From: Clostridiales bacterium
GTDB lineage: Bacteria; Bacillota; Clostridia; Oscillospirales; Butyricicoccaceae
NCBI GenBank assembly: GCA_022775385.1
Contig: JALFIV010000100.1
Location: 4,476 to 68,475, forward strand
Direction: 5' to 3'
DNA: 64,000 bases
Each line of letters opens with the position of its first letter. Position 1 is the first letter of the stretch. The translations under genes were made by a program, and so were the position numbers. Shown here one piece after another: positions 48,145 to 56,530 of this stretch. The notes under the pieces are model-generated. The model saw nothing but the letters and a program-made list of their open reading frames with translations. It was not told the origin of the DNA and searched no databases.

Positions 48145-48780
48145 TCAGCGGATTCCCTGCAGGAGATCCAGCGACTCCTTCGCCCACGCAAGGTCAATCG
48201 TCTGGAATCCGCGCTTCGGCGTATACAGATACTCGCGCACATCGTGTGCCAGCTTTTCATAAGTGGACGGCGGCATGCGCAGATACTGCTCCACACCGTC
48301 CGGATGCACCAGAACAAATACAAACTGTCCCTTGGTGTCGATGCTGTGGAACACGACGTCCACAATGTCCGCCCCGTCGCGGGTCAGCTGCATGATGAGA
48401 ATCAGCTTGGTCATCTCCACCGCGCGGTCATCCAGTCCGCGCTCCAGAATATTGATCTTCTCGCGGAATTCATTCGGTGTCTTGGTCGTGCGCAGGGTGT
48501 AGCGGTCGAGCTGGGAGAACTGTGCGCCTTCCTGAATCTCGCCCTCCGGCGCAAACCAGACCATAAATTCATTGTCCATGTCGTGGTACATACACGGATG
48601 CAGCACCAGACATACTTTGCCGCAGTTCGGGCAGGTCCACTCGAACAGCGACAGATCCTCCACGCGGCGGCGTGCATCCGGATCCTGCGTCACATTGACG
48701 CTCTCCCACACCTTGAGCGGTCCCTTTTCCTCACAATGCGGACAGGTAAACATATCTTCTCTCAAAATCGACATGATCAT
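48145..48780 (-). CDS. CpXC domain-containing protein
   Basis: Two CPxC motifs are present (CPHC and CPNC), spaced as in the CpXC zinc-ribbon family. Confidence 0.8.
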   Translation of the reverse strand: MIMSILREDMFTCPHCEEKGPLKVWESVNVTQDPDARRRVEDLSLFEWTCPNCGKVCLVLHPCMYHDMDNEFMVWFAPEGEIQEGAQFSQLDRYTLRTTKTPNEFREKINILERGLDDRAVEMTKLILIMQLTRDGADIVDVVFHSIDTKGQFVFVLVHPDGVEQYLRMPPSTYEKLAHDVREYLYTPKRGFQTIDLAWAKESLDLLQGIR

Positions 48781-48805
48781 TCCCTTTCTCTGCCGTCGGC
48801 AGCAA

Positions 48806-49315
48806 TTATTCGTTTGACAAATACAGGCCGCGGATCATCTCCGTGCCGGTCTCGGTCCGTGCGACCGTCCGGCAGAAGGTCTCCACTGCGGTGCGCGGCA
48901 GACACTCCTCATACGCATTGACCAGAAAATCCGCCTCGAGCAGGATCTGATGATCTGGTCCGCCGATGGGATTTACCGTGTGATGATGCGCAATCAGCCA
49001 GCAGACACGCGCGGTGATCTCCTCCGGCATGCCGAGCGGTTCGAGAATCGACCGAGCCACCGCCGGTCCCTCCTGCTCCTGATACGGACCGGCACTCGAG
49101 CCGTGCTTGCGCTCCGCCTCGTGAATGCCGATATCGTGCAGAATTGCGGCGATTTCCAATGTGTAGCGCGTGTCCTCGTCCGCGATCTCCGTCTCCGCAA
49201 TCGCCTGCGCAAAGCCGGTGACCTTGATCAGGTGATGGATGCGTGCGGCATCCGTCCTGTTGTATGCAATCGCCGCACGAAGTACATGCTCCGCCGGCGG
49301 CCGTCTCTGTTCCAT
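48806..49315 (-). CDS. HD domain phosphohydrolase
   Basis: Contains H...HD (AAILHDIG) and downstream HHH residues. I chose the ATG at 49315, 6 nt after GAGGAGG. Confidence 0.85.
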   Translation of the reverse strand: MEQRRPPAEHVLRAAIAYNRTDAARIHHLIKVTGFAQAIAETEIADEDTRYTLEIAAILHDIGIHEAERKHGSSAGPYQEQEGPAVARSILEPLGMPEEITARVCWLIAHHHTVNPIGGPDHQILLEADFLVNAYEECLPRTAVETFCRTVARTETGTEMIRGLYLSNE

Positions 49316-49350
49316 TGCCATCCTCCTCATTTCGACAGATGATTGCTATT

Positions 49351-49379
49351 ATTGTACCCCAAATCCATGCAGTCAGCAA
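49351..49379 (-). promoter_or_regulatory. Sigma-A-like promoter TTGCTG-N17-TACAAT upstream of the HD gene
   Basis: Minus-strand hexamers at 49374-49379 and 49351-49356. Confidence 0.5.
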
Positions 49380-49621
49380 GGGACAAACCCGTCCGCTTGT
49401 GTGGGAGGAAGGTGCAAAGTTTTCCATTTTATTCCACATCGTCAAGATTTGCGTTTTTTTGCATACGCCTTCTGCTATACTGCATACGAACCAATTCTAT
49501 CCTGAGCCTGCTGCGGTGAAAATCTCTGCCCGCCCATCGGCTTTTCCGCCGCGGCAGGCCTCCTCCGTTCCGCTCTGCCCATTCTCTGCGGAATGACGGA
49601 AGCGGACTGATCCGCTTTCCG

Positions 49622-49660
49622 AAAAAAAGACGCTGATCGGATGACCAGCGTCTTTTTGTT
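49622..49660 (-). terminator. Intrinsic terminator of pnp (bidirectional in shape)
   Basis: 8-bp stem AGACGCTG/CAGCGTCT with an A7 run before it and TTTTTGTTTTTT after it. Confidence 0.75.
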
Positions 49661-49670
49661 TTTTCAGCTC

Positions 49671-51794
49671 TTACTGTACCTTCTCGGAGTCCTTGACGTC
49701 CTTGCGGGACAGGTTGATGCGGCCCTTGTCATCGATCTCAATGACCTTGACCCAAACCATATCGCCGACCTGAACGGAGTCCTCAACCTTCTCAACGCGG
49801 TACTTCTCCAGCTTGGAGATGTGAACCAGACCGTCCTTGCCCGGAGCAATCTGGACGAATGCGCCGAAGCCCATGATGCGGACAACCTTGCCGTAGAAGA
49901 CATCGCCCACTTCCGGATCCTTGACAATCGTCATGATCATCTTCTTTGCGGTCTCGCATGCCGCACCGTTGATGGCGGAAACGCAGACGGTACCGTCGTC
50001 GTTGATGTCAACCTTTGCGCCGGACTCAGCGGTGATCTTCTGGATGACAGAACCGCCCTTGCCGATGACATCGCGGATCTTGTCCGGATGGATCTTGAAG
50101 GAGATCATCTTCGGCGCCCACGGAGACAGCTCCTTGCGCGGCTCCGGAATTGCCTTCAGCATGATCTCATCGAGGATCTGGTAGCGTGCGTCGCGGCACT
50201 TGCGGAATGCTTCCTTGATGATGGACGGGGTCAGACCGTCTACCTTGATATCAACCTGAATGGCGGTGATGCCCTTCTTGGTACCTGCTACCTTGAAGTC
50301 CATGTCGCCGTAGAAGTCCTCAACACCCTGAATATCGGTGAAGGTGGTCTCCTGACCGTCGTCGGTGATCAGACCGCAGGAGATGCCGGCAACCGGTGCG
50401 GTGATCGGAACACCTGCGTCCATCAGTGCAAGGGTGGAACCGCAGACAGAACCCTGCGAGGTGGAACCATTGGAGGAAACAACCTCGGATACGACGCGGA
50501 TTGCATACGGGAACTCCTCTGCGGACGGGATAACCGGCAGCAGGGCGCGCTCAGCCAGTGCGCCATGACCGATCTCACGGCGTCCCGGACCGCGGGACGG
50601 ACGGGTCTCGCCGACCGAGAAGGACGGGAAGTTATAGTGATGGATATATCTCTTTTCCTTCTGCTCGAAGATGGTGTCCAGCATCTGCGCATCGCTCAGC
50701 GTGCCGAGAGTTGCAACAGACAGAACCTGCGTCTGACCACGGGTGAACAGACCGGAACCGTGTGCACGCGGCAGAACGCCGACCTCGGATGCCAGCGGAC
50801 GGACTTCCTCCATGCCGCGGCCGTCGACACGCTTGCCCTCGGTCAGCCACTTGCGGACAACCTTCTTGCACAGCTTGTCCACGATCTCGGTGATCTCAGC
50901 GGCACGCTCGGTCGCAGCCTCCTCGCCGAGGAACTCGTCGATCTCAGCGCGGACAACCTGCATTCTGGCGTCACGGACGGTCTTGTCGTCGGTATCAAAG
51001 GCAACTTCGACCTTGGCACGTGCGAATGCCTCGATCCGGTCGAACAGGTCGTGATCGACATCGTGATGCTCGTACTCGAACTTCGGCTTGCCGATCTCCT
51101 TCTGGATTTCCTTGATGAATGCGCACATCTTCTTGATCTCTTCGTGAGCGACCATCAGTGCGTTGAACATATCATCCTCCGGCACTTCCTTTGCGCCGGC
51201 CTCGATCATAACGATCTTCTCCTCGGTGCCGCAGACCGTGACGTCCATCAGGCTTCTCTCACGCTGCTCGAGCGTCGGGTTGAGGACGACCTCGCCGTCG
51301 ACGATGCCGACATCGACACCGGCAACCGTGTGGTCAAACGGGATATCCGAGATGGCAACCGCAATGGATGCACCGTTCAGACCGGTGACCTGCGGAGAGT
51401 TGTCGTAGTCGTTGCCCATGACCGTGCAGACGATGGAAACATCGTTGCGCAGATCCTTCGGGAACAGCGGACGCATCGGGCGGTCAATCTGACGGGAGGC
51501 GATGGTTGCCTGCTCGCTTGCCTTGCCCTCGCGGCGCATAAAGGAACCCGGGATGCGGCCGACCGCATACAGCTTCTCTTCGAAATCGACAGAGAGCGGG
51601 AAGAAATCAATGCCGTCGCGCGGCTTCGGGGATGCGGTTGCGGTACAGAGTACCACGGTGTCGCCGTAGCGGACCAGCGCGGAACCGTTTGCCAGCTGTG
51701 CCAGCTTGCCGGTCTCGACGGTCAGCTTGCGTCCTGCGAACGTCGTCTCAAAGACGCGGTGTTCATCAAACGACTTTTTGGTGATCGTAGTCAT
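49671..51794 (-). CDS. pnp: Polyribonucleotide nucleotidyltransferase (PNPase)
   Basis: 707 aa with two RNase PH domains, a KH domain (GKGGSVIQKI) and an S1 domain (VFYGKVVRIMGFGAFVQI). Confidence 0.97.
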   Translation of the reverse strand: MTTITKKSFDEHRVFETTFAGRKLTVETGKLAQLANGSALVRYGDTVVLCTATASPKPRDGIDFFPLSVDFEEKLYAVGRIPGSFMRREGKASEQATIASRQIDRPMRPLFPKDLRNDVSIVCTVMGNDYDNSPQVTGLNGASIAVAISDIPFDHTVAGVDVGIVDGEVVLNPTLEQRERSLMDVTVCGTEEKIVMIEAGAKEVPEDDMFNALMVAHEEIKKMCAFIKEIQKEIGKPKFEYEHHDVDHDLFDRIEAFARAKVEVAFDTDDKTVRDARMQVVRAEIDEFLGEEAATERAAEITEIVDKLCKKVVRKWLTEGKRVDGRGMEEVRPLASEVGVLPRAHGSGLFTRGQTQVLSVATLGTLSDAQMLDTIFEQKEKRYIHHYNFPSFSVGETRPSRGPGRREIGHGALAERALLPVIPSAEEFPYAIRVVSEVVSSNGSTSQGSVCGSTLALMDAGVPITAPVAGISCGLITDDGQETTFTDIQGVEDFYGDMDFKVAGTKKGITAIQVDIKVDGLTPSIIKEAFRKCRDARYQILDEIMLKAIPEPRKELSPWAPKMISFKIHPDKIRDVIGKGGSVIQKITAESGAKVDINDDGTVCVSAINGAACETAKKMIMTIVKDPEVGDVFYGKVVRIMGFGAFVQIAPGKDGLVHISKLEKYRVEKVEDSVQVGDMVWVKVIEIDDKGRINLSRKDVKDSEKVQ

Positions 51795-51925
51795 GCGTTT
51801 TATCTCCTTTACTATTTGTTTCGGTGACGGGAAAGCATGACACCTTCAAGCACTTGAACCACAGTCTGACACAGGTCAGGCAGCCGTTCAACTGCTCAAG
51901 GATCGCTTTCTCGCCGGGGTGTTTG

Positions 51926-51951
51926 AGAAAAAGGGGGCAAAAAGCCCCCTC
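51926..51951 (-). terminator. rpsO terminator/attenuator preceding the pnp leader
   Basis: 7-bp stem AGGGGGC/GCCCCCT, followed by TTTTTCTC on the minus strand. A further long irregular hairpin lies in the pnp leader. Confidence 0.65.
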
Positions 51952-51961
51952 GTCCGTTCTC

Positions 51962-52228
51962 TTACTTTCTGATGCCGAGCTTCTTGATGATTGCTCTGTA
52001 GCGCTCGATGTCCTTCTTCTGCAGATAGTTCAGAAGAGCACGGCGCTTACCTACCATCTTGAGCAGGCCGCGACGGGAATGGTTGTCGTGCTTGTGCTCC
52101 TTCAGATGCTCGGTCAGCTGCTTAATGCGCTCGGTCAGGATGGCGATCTGTACCTCCGGAGAACCGGTGTCAGTCTCGTGCAGACGGTTGCCTGCGATTA
52201 CAGCGTCTTTCTGTTCCTTACGAATCAT
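51962..52228 (-). CDS. rpsO: 30S ribosomal protein S15
   Basis: Begins [11 protein letters not shown] and continues ...[42 protein letters not shown]. The ATG at 52228 follows GAGGTGG. Confidence 0.95.
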   Translation of the reverse strand: MIRKEQKDAVIAGNRLHETDTGSPEVQIAILTERIKQLTEHLKEHKHDNHSRRGLLKMVGKRRALLNYLQKKDIERYRAIIKKLGIRK

Positions 52229-52379
52229 GGGAATTCCACCTCTTAATATAGAATAGTTTTGTTGGATCCGCACGCTGAGCTGCGGCAAGGTGATGGTGCG
52301 GTAGGACGCATCGGAAACCCGTCAGCCAGGCGAGGGATTACGGAGGAGCGCACACCACGTACGCATTCCGTGTAACAAC
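52229..52379 (-). promoter_or_regulatory. ~150-nt GC-rich structured 5' leader of rpsO (candidate S15 autoregulatory RNA)
   Basis: It lies between the predicted promoter and the RBS and contains several hairpins (for example CCGCA-N8-TGCGG). Its GC content contrasts with the flanking AT-rich DNA. Confidence 0.4.
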
Positions 52380-52385
52380 TATCAA

Positions 52386-52414
52386 ATGATAGCATATCCC
52401 AGAATTTTTGTAAA
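52386..52414 (-). promoter_or_regulatory. Sigma-A-like promoter TTTACA-N17-TATCAT for rpsO-pnp
   Basis: Minus-strand hexamers at 52409-52414 and 52386-52391. Confidence 0.55.
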
Positions 52415-52700
52415 GCAGATTTTGCTGAAAATCTTACGATTTTTCTTGCCCATCCTGCACTTTCCTTCTCCTTTTGCAGATTCCTTTGCATTATTGTCAT
52501 TTTGTCCAACTCGCAAACCTTCTGAAAAATTCTTTTTGTTCAGCTTCATTTTACATAAATTTTGCACCTATCTTTCTTTGTTCTTGCATTATCCGCCTTT
52601 TATTTATTATTTTTTCCGTATTTTTGCATGAAACACATATATGTTCTTGCGTTTCACTATTTTTTGCACAATTCGCGGTTTTTCTGCGTATTTCTTTTTG
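52415..52700 (+). repeat. Array of about 10 same-orientation T-tract+GCA motifs (TTTTTGCA / TTCTTGCA)
   Basis: TGC cores lie at 52456, 52475, 52487, 52563, 52585, 52625, 52648, 52665 and 52685. Several of the spacings are close to multiples of 10-11 bp. Confidence 0.5.
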
Positions 52701-52748
52701 AACAATCTGTCCATTTCCAACCCCGCACCCGCGTGATATACTAGGTTC

Positions 52749-52890
52749 ACAAAGTTAATAAATCTTCAAATAAACCTCCTTTTTCTTGTAAAAGTGATTT
52801 GTTTCGTCACTTTTTCTTCTTCCAGATTGAAAGCACATGACTGTGGCTCAAAGCAATAGCTTAGCCTGGGTGTCATGTGCTTTTCTTTTT
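52749..52890 (+). ncRNA. Candidate ~140-nt small RNA ending at an orphan intrinsic terminator
   Basis: A possible extended -10 promoter is present (TTTCCA-N17, then TGATATACT, at 52714-52742). The transcript would carry the CCTCCTTTTTCT motif at 52775-52786 and two hairpins. There is no coding potential. Confidence 0.3.
52829..52890 (+). terminator. Orphan plus-strand intrinsic terminator
   Basis: Perfect 12-bp stem AAAGCACATGAC/GTCATGTGCTTT (52830-52841 and 52872-52883) with a structured 30-nt loop, followed by TTTTCTTTTT. Confidence 0.65.
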
Positions 52891-53032
52891 ATCCCCTTTC
52901 CGCCTCTCTTTTCCCCATTCTGATCTGCCTGCGGCAGCCGGATCATTGGAGCAGCTGTGTAGGAAATTGCAACAAAACTATGAACCCAAATCCGTGCAAT
53001 ACGACAAATTTTAGGAGATTGTCCAGCAAGTG

Positions 53033-53064
53033 ATTGACATTCTTTTTGGGGGATGATACTATAA
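53033..53064 (+). promoter_or_regulatory. Promoter of the antiterminator-PTS operon (TTGACA, with TGATACTAT/TATAAT)
   Basis: TTGACA lies at 53033-53038. Either TG-n-TACTAT with a 17-nt spacer or TATAAT at 53059-53064 could serve as the -10. Confidence 0.55.
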
Positions 53065-53079
53065 TGACAACAATTTCGT

Positions 53080-53108
53080 TGGAATGTTACCGGTTATGCG
53101 GGCTTGAC
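53080..53108 (+). promoter_or_regulatory. RAT (ribonucleic antiterminator)-like element
   Basis: GGAATGTTACCGGTTATGCGGGCTTGACC matches 19 of 29 positions of the BglG/SacY-family RAT consensus GGATTGTTACTGCATTCGCAGGCAAAACC. It also matches the B. subtilis ptsG RAT core UGUUAC.G.UU....GGC.UGA. A T6 tract follows at about 53137. Confidence 0.6.
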
Positions 53109-53208
53109 CAACTCTATCACAGGAATTCTCTCGTGTATTTTTTATGGCACGGTTCGTTCTGGATAGGGCTGGTTATTTTTTTTGGGGAAACAGAAGGAGA
53201 ACTGCGAA

Positions 53209-54057
53209 ATGAGGATCAAAAAAGTAATCAACAACAATATCCTCTGCGCGATAGATGAGAAGGGCAACGAGATGATCGTAACCGGCAAGGGACTCGGCTT
53301 CAAGCGCCGGACCGGCGAGTTTATCGATCCCGACCTGGTGGAAAAGACCTATCGCATGGAAAGCAAGACCGAGCAGAAAAAACTGCGCGAACTGGTACAA
53401 CAGATTCCGATTGAGCATCTGCGGCTGACGCAGGATCTGATCGACCACATCAAAAGCCAGGTCAAGCAGCCGCTCAACGAGTCCCTGCTCATCACGCTGG
53501 CAGACCACATCAGCTTTGCCATCCAGCGCAAAGAACAGGGGATTGAATTTCAAAATCCGCTCAGCAGCTCCGTTATGTGCTACTACCCCACGGAATATCA
53601 TCTCGGCCAGCACTGCCTCAAAATGATTGAACAGGAGTACGGCATCCGGCTTCATCCGGACGAGGCTACCTTTATTGCGCTTCATATCGTCAACGCCGAG
53701 CTGAACACGGATATGAGCCAGATGCACGATCTGACCAAGATGCTCGACGGCTGTGTCCGGGTAACCGAATTCTTCTATAAGAAGAAATTTGAACACGATT
53801 CGCTGGACTTCAGCCGATTCATTGTTCATCTCCGATATTTGATCCAGCGTTTGTTTCAAAATAACACTCTCGAGGATACCGATGACAGCCGGGACGTCAT
53901 GTTCCGCGAGCTGATTCAGCGCAACTGCGCCGAGCACTACGAATGTGCCTGCCGCATCGCATCCTATATTGAGTTTAACTTTGACATGAAGATCTCCGAG
54001 GAAGAGAAAGTCTACCTCACCATCCATCTCAAGCGTCTGAACATGGCAGACGACTGA
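53209..54057 (+). CDS. PRD-domain transcription antiterminator (BglG/LicT/GlcT family)
   Basis: Contains the CAT domain MRIKKVINNNILCAIDEKGNEMIVTGKGLGF and two PRDs with conserved His residues (LADHISFAI, FIALHIVNA). Confidence 0.93.
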   Translation: MRIKKVINNNILCAIDEKGNEMIVTGKGLGFKRRTGEFIDPDLVEKTYRMESKTEQKKLRELVQQIPIEHLRLTQDLIDHIKSQVKQPLNESLLITLADHISFAIQRKEQGIEFQNPLSSSVMCYYPTEYHLGQHCLKMIEQEYGIRLHPDEATFIALHIVNAELNTDMSQMHDLTKMLDGCVRVTEFFYKKKFEHDSLDFSRFIVHLRYLIQRLFQNNTLEDTDDSRDVMFRELIQRNCAEHYECACRIASYIEFNFDMKISEEEKVYLTIHLKRLNMADD

Positions 54058-54071
54058 CAGTTGTTCAATAT

Positions 54072-54101
54072 TCCGATGGTATCCGGGCCCGATCCGTCGG
54101 A
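54072..54101 (+). promoter_or_regulatory. Inter-cistronic hairpin, possibly a second RAT/attenuator before the PTS gene
   Basis: 8-bp stem TCCGATGG/CCGTCGGA plus inner pairs. The upstream sequence TTGTTCAATATTCCGATGGTAT has weak RAT similarity. A T-rich tract begins 12 nt downstream. Confidence 0.35.
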
Positions 54102-54188
54102 TGATTGATAGATTTTGTCTTTTGGACACAACATAGTGACACATTTAGTCATTCTTTCACAACCACCGTATTGGAAGGAGTAAATACG

Positions 54189-56378
54189 ATGAAACAGAAA
54201 AAGAGCGGACAGCTGTTTGCCGCGGCCCAGCAGGTCGGCAAATCTCTGTTCCTGCCGATCGCAGTCCTGCCGTTTGCAGGTATTCTGCTCGGCATCGGCA
54301 GTTCCTTTAGCAACGAAACCACCATCGCCACCTACGGCCTCTCCGGTATTCTTCATCCGGGCACCCTGCTGTACGGCCTGATGCTCATGCTCAACTATGC
54401 GGGCAACGCAATCTTCAGCAACCTCCCGCTGATCTTCGCGCTTGCCGTCGCACTCGGCATGGCGAAGAAGGAGCGCGGCGTTGCGGTTATGTCGGCCGGC
54501 ATTTTCTATCTGGTCATGCTGACCACCATCAGCACGATGCTGACCCTCGATGGCTCGATCGTCGACGGCGTTATTTCTGACACCGTCAAGGAGGGCGCAA
54601 TCACCTCCATGCTCGGCATCCAGACTCTGCAGATGGGCGTATTCGGCGGTATTATCGCCGGTGTCATCGCAGCGATGCTGTGCAATAAGTTCTACAAGAT
54701 TCAGCTTCCGAATGCACTGTCCTTCTTTGCCGGCACGCGCTTTGTCCCGATTGCCAGCATGGCAATGGCAGTCGTCACCGGTGCGGTCCTGTACATCGTC
54801 TGGCCGATCATCCAGGACGGTATCTTCGCACTGGGAGGTCTGGTTCAGGCATCCGGTTATGCCGGCACTCTGCTCTACGGCTGCTGTGAGCGCGCACTCA
54901 TCCCGTTCGGCCTGCACCACATCTTCTATCTGCCCTTCTGGCAGACCGGCGTCGGCGGTACCGCGATCATCGACGGCGTTCAGGTTATGGGCGCACAGAA
55001 CATCTTCTTCGCCGAACTGGCTTCCCCGAACACAGCGCAGTTCTCGGTTTCCGCATGCCGCTTCCTGACCGGCAAGTACCCGTTCATGATGGGCGGTCTC
55101 CCGGGCGCCGCTCTGGCAATGTACGTCACCGCACGTCCGGAAAAGAAAAAGCAGACCGGTTCCCTGCTGTTCTCGGTTGCACTGACCTCGTTCCTGACCG
55201 GCATCACCGAGCCGATCGAGTTCACCTTCCTGTTCCTGGCTCCGGCTCTGTTCGCCGTCCATGTTTTCTTCGCCGGTCTGTCCTTCATGACCTGCCATAT
55301 CCTCAGCATCTGTGTCGGCACGACGTTCTCCGATGGTCTGATCGACCTGATTCTCTACGGCGTTCTGCCCGGTCAGGCAAAATCCAACTGGTTGATGCTC
55401 ATTCCGGTCATTCTCGTTTACTTTGCTCTGTATTTCTTCGTATTCCGCTTCTTCATTCTGAAGTGGAACCTCAAGACTCCGGGCCGTGAGGCGGACGACG
55501 AGGAAGCCCATCTGGTTTCCAAGGACGAGTACCGTCAGGCTACGGGCGTCGGCGTTGCAGGCGGCAAGGAAGCCATCGCCGCTGCAAACATCGATCAGAA
55601 GTCCGCAACCATCCTGAAGGGCGTCGGCGGCGTCGCCAATCTGGTCGACATCGACTGCTGCGCAACCCGTCTGCGTCTGACACTGGTAGACAGCTCGGTT
55701 GTCAATCAGGCGCTGCTCAAGTCCACCGGTGCTTCCGGTGTCGTCATCAAGGGTGCCGGCATCCAGGTCATCTATGGACCGTCCGTCACAATTGTCAAGT
55801 CCAACTTCGAGGAGTTTGTTGATCAGGTACGCTCCGGCAAGATCTCCGAGGCGCTGTTTATGGACACTCCGAAGGAAGAGCCCGCCCCGGCTCCGGCGGA
55901 AGCCGCTCCAGCTCCCAAGCTGCCGGATGTCACGCTGGGCGCGCATATGAACGGCAGAATGCTGCTGATGACCGAGGTGAAGGATGAGGCATTCGCCTCC
56001 TGCGCACTGGGCGACGGCGTTGCCATCGAACCGTCCGAGGGCAAGCTGTACGCACCGGCTGACGCGACTGTCGCAAACGTATTTGACACCAAGCATGCCA
56101 TCGGCCTGATGGTCGGCGACGATATGGAGCTGCTGCTGCACATCGGCATCGACACCGTCAAGCTGGGCGGCAAGCACTTCGAGGCACATGTCGAGGAAGG
56201 TCAGGAAGTCAAGAAGGGCGACCTGCTGGTCTCCTTTGATATGGACGCCATCAAGGCGGAGGGCTATCTCTGCACCACCCCGATGATCATCTGCAACACG
56301 GATGACTATTCTTCCATCAAGCCGCTGGTAACCGGCGAAGTCAAGGCCGGTCAGGACCTGCTGGAAGCCAAGGGCTGA
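54189..56378 (+). CDS. ptsG: PTS glucose-family transporter, fused EIIC-EIIB-EIIA
   Basis: Contains an EIIC N-terminus (VGKSLFLPIAVLPFAGILLGIG), the EIIB motif CCATRLRL, and an EIIA-Glc domain (HAIGLMVGDDMELLLHIGIDTV). Confidence 0.93.
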   Translation: MKQKKSGQLFAAAQQVGKSLFLPIAVLPFAGILLGIGSSFSNETTIATYGLSGILHPGTLLYGLMLMLNYAGNAIFSNLPLIFALAVALGMAKKERGVAVMSAGIFYLVMLTTISTMLTLDGSIVDGVISDTVKEGAITSMLGIQTLQMGVFGGIIAGVIAAMLCNKFYKIQLPNALSFFAGTRFVPIASMAMAVVTGAVLYIVWPIIQDGIFALGGLVQASGYAGTLLYGCCERALIPFGLHHIFYLPFWQTGVGGTAIIDGVQVMGAQNIFFAELASPNTAQFSVSACRFLTGKYPFMMGGLPGAALAMYVTARPEKKKQTGSLLFSVALTSFLTGITEPIEFTFLFLAPALFAVHVFFAGLSFMTCHILSICVGTTFSDGLIDLILYGVLPGQAKSNWLMLIPVILVYFALYFFVFRFFILKWNLKTPGREADDEEAHLVSKDEYRQATGVGVAGGKEAIAAANIDQKSATILKGVGGVANLVDIDCCATRLRLTLVDSSVVNQALLKSTGASGVVIKGAGIQVIYGPSVTIVKSNFEEFVDQVRSGKISEALFMDTPKEEPAPAPAEAAPAPKLPDVTLGAHMNGRMLLMTEVKDEAFASCALGDGVAIEPSEGKLYAPADATVANVFDTKHAIGLMVGDDMELLLHIGIDTVKLGGKHFEAHVEEGQEVKKGDLLVSFDMDAIKAEGYLCTTPMIICNTDDYSSIKPLVTGEVKAGQDLLEAKG

Positions 56379-56530
56379 TTCACCGTCACACACTCTTCCC
56401 CATTTCCCCAAACCGCGCGCGTCCCAGCCAGAGGCGTGCAGAACAACAAAGGATTCTTTGTTCGGACGATTTCCGCGGCACATTAGATACTGGAACACCG
56501 CCTGCTGAATGAGTCCGACAGAGCAGATAA

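Noticed and set aside
52415-52700. Replication-origin-like region or DnaA-box cluster.
   Set aside because: I saw only one weak DnaA-box-like sequence (TTATCCGCC). No dnaA or dnaN gene is nearby, and the repeated motif is TTTTGCA rather than TTATCCACA.
52382-52744. Overlapping 60-88-aa ORFs on both strands in the AT-rich intergenic region (52386..52631, 52474..52701, 52562..52744, 52382..52567, 52243..52509).
   Set aside because: The translations are F/L/S-rich or K/N-rich low-complexity sequence that follows the T-tract repeats. There are no RBSs, and the ORFs overlap one another in several frames.
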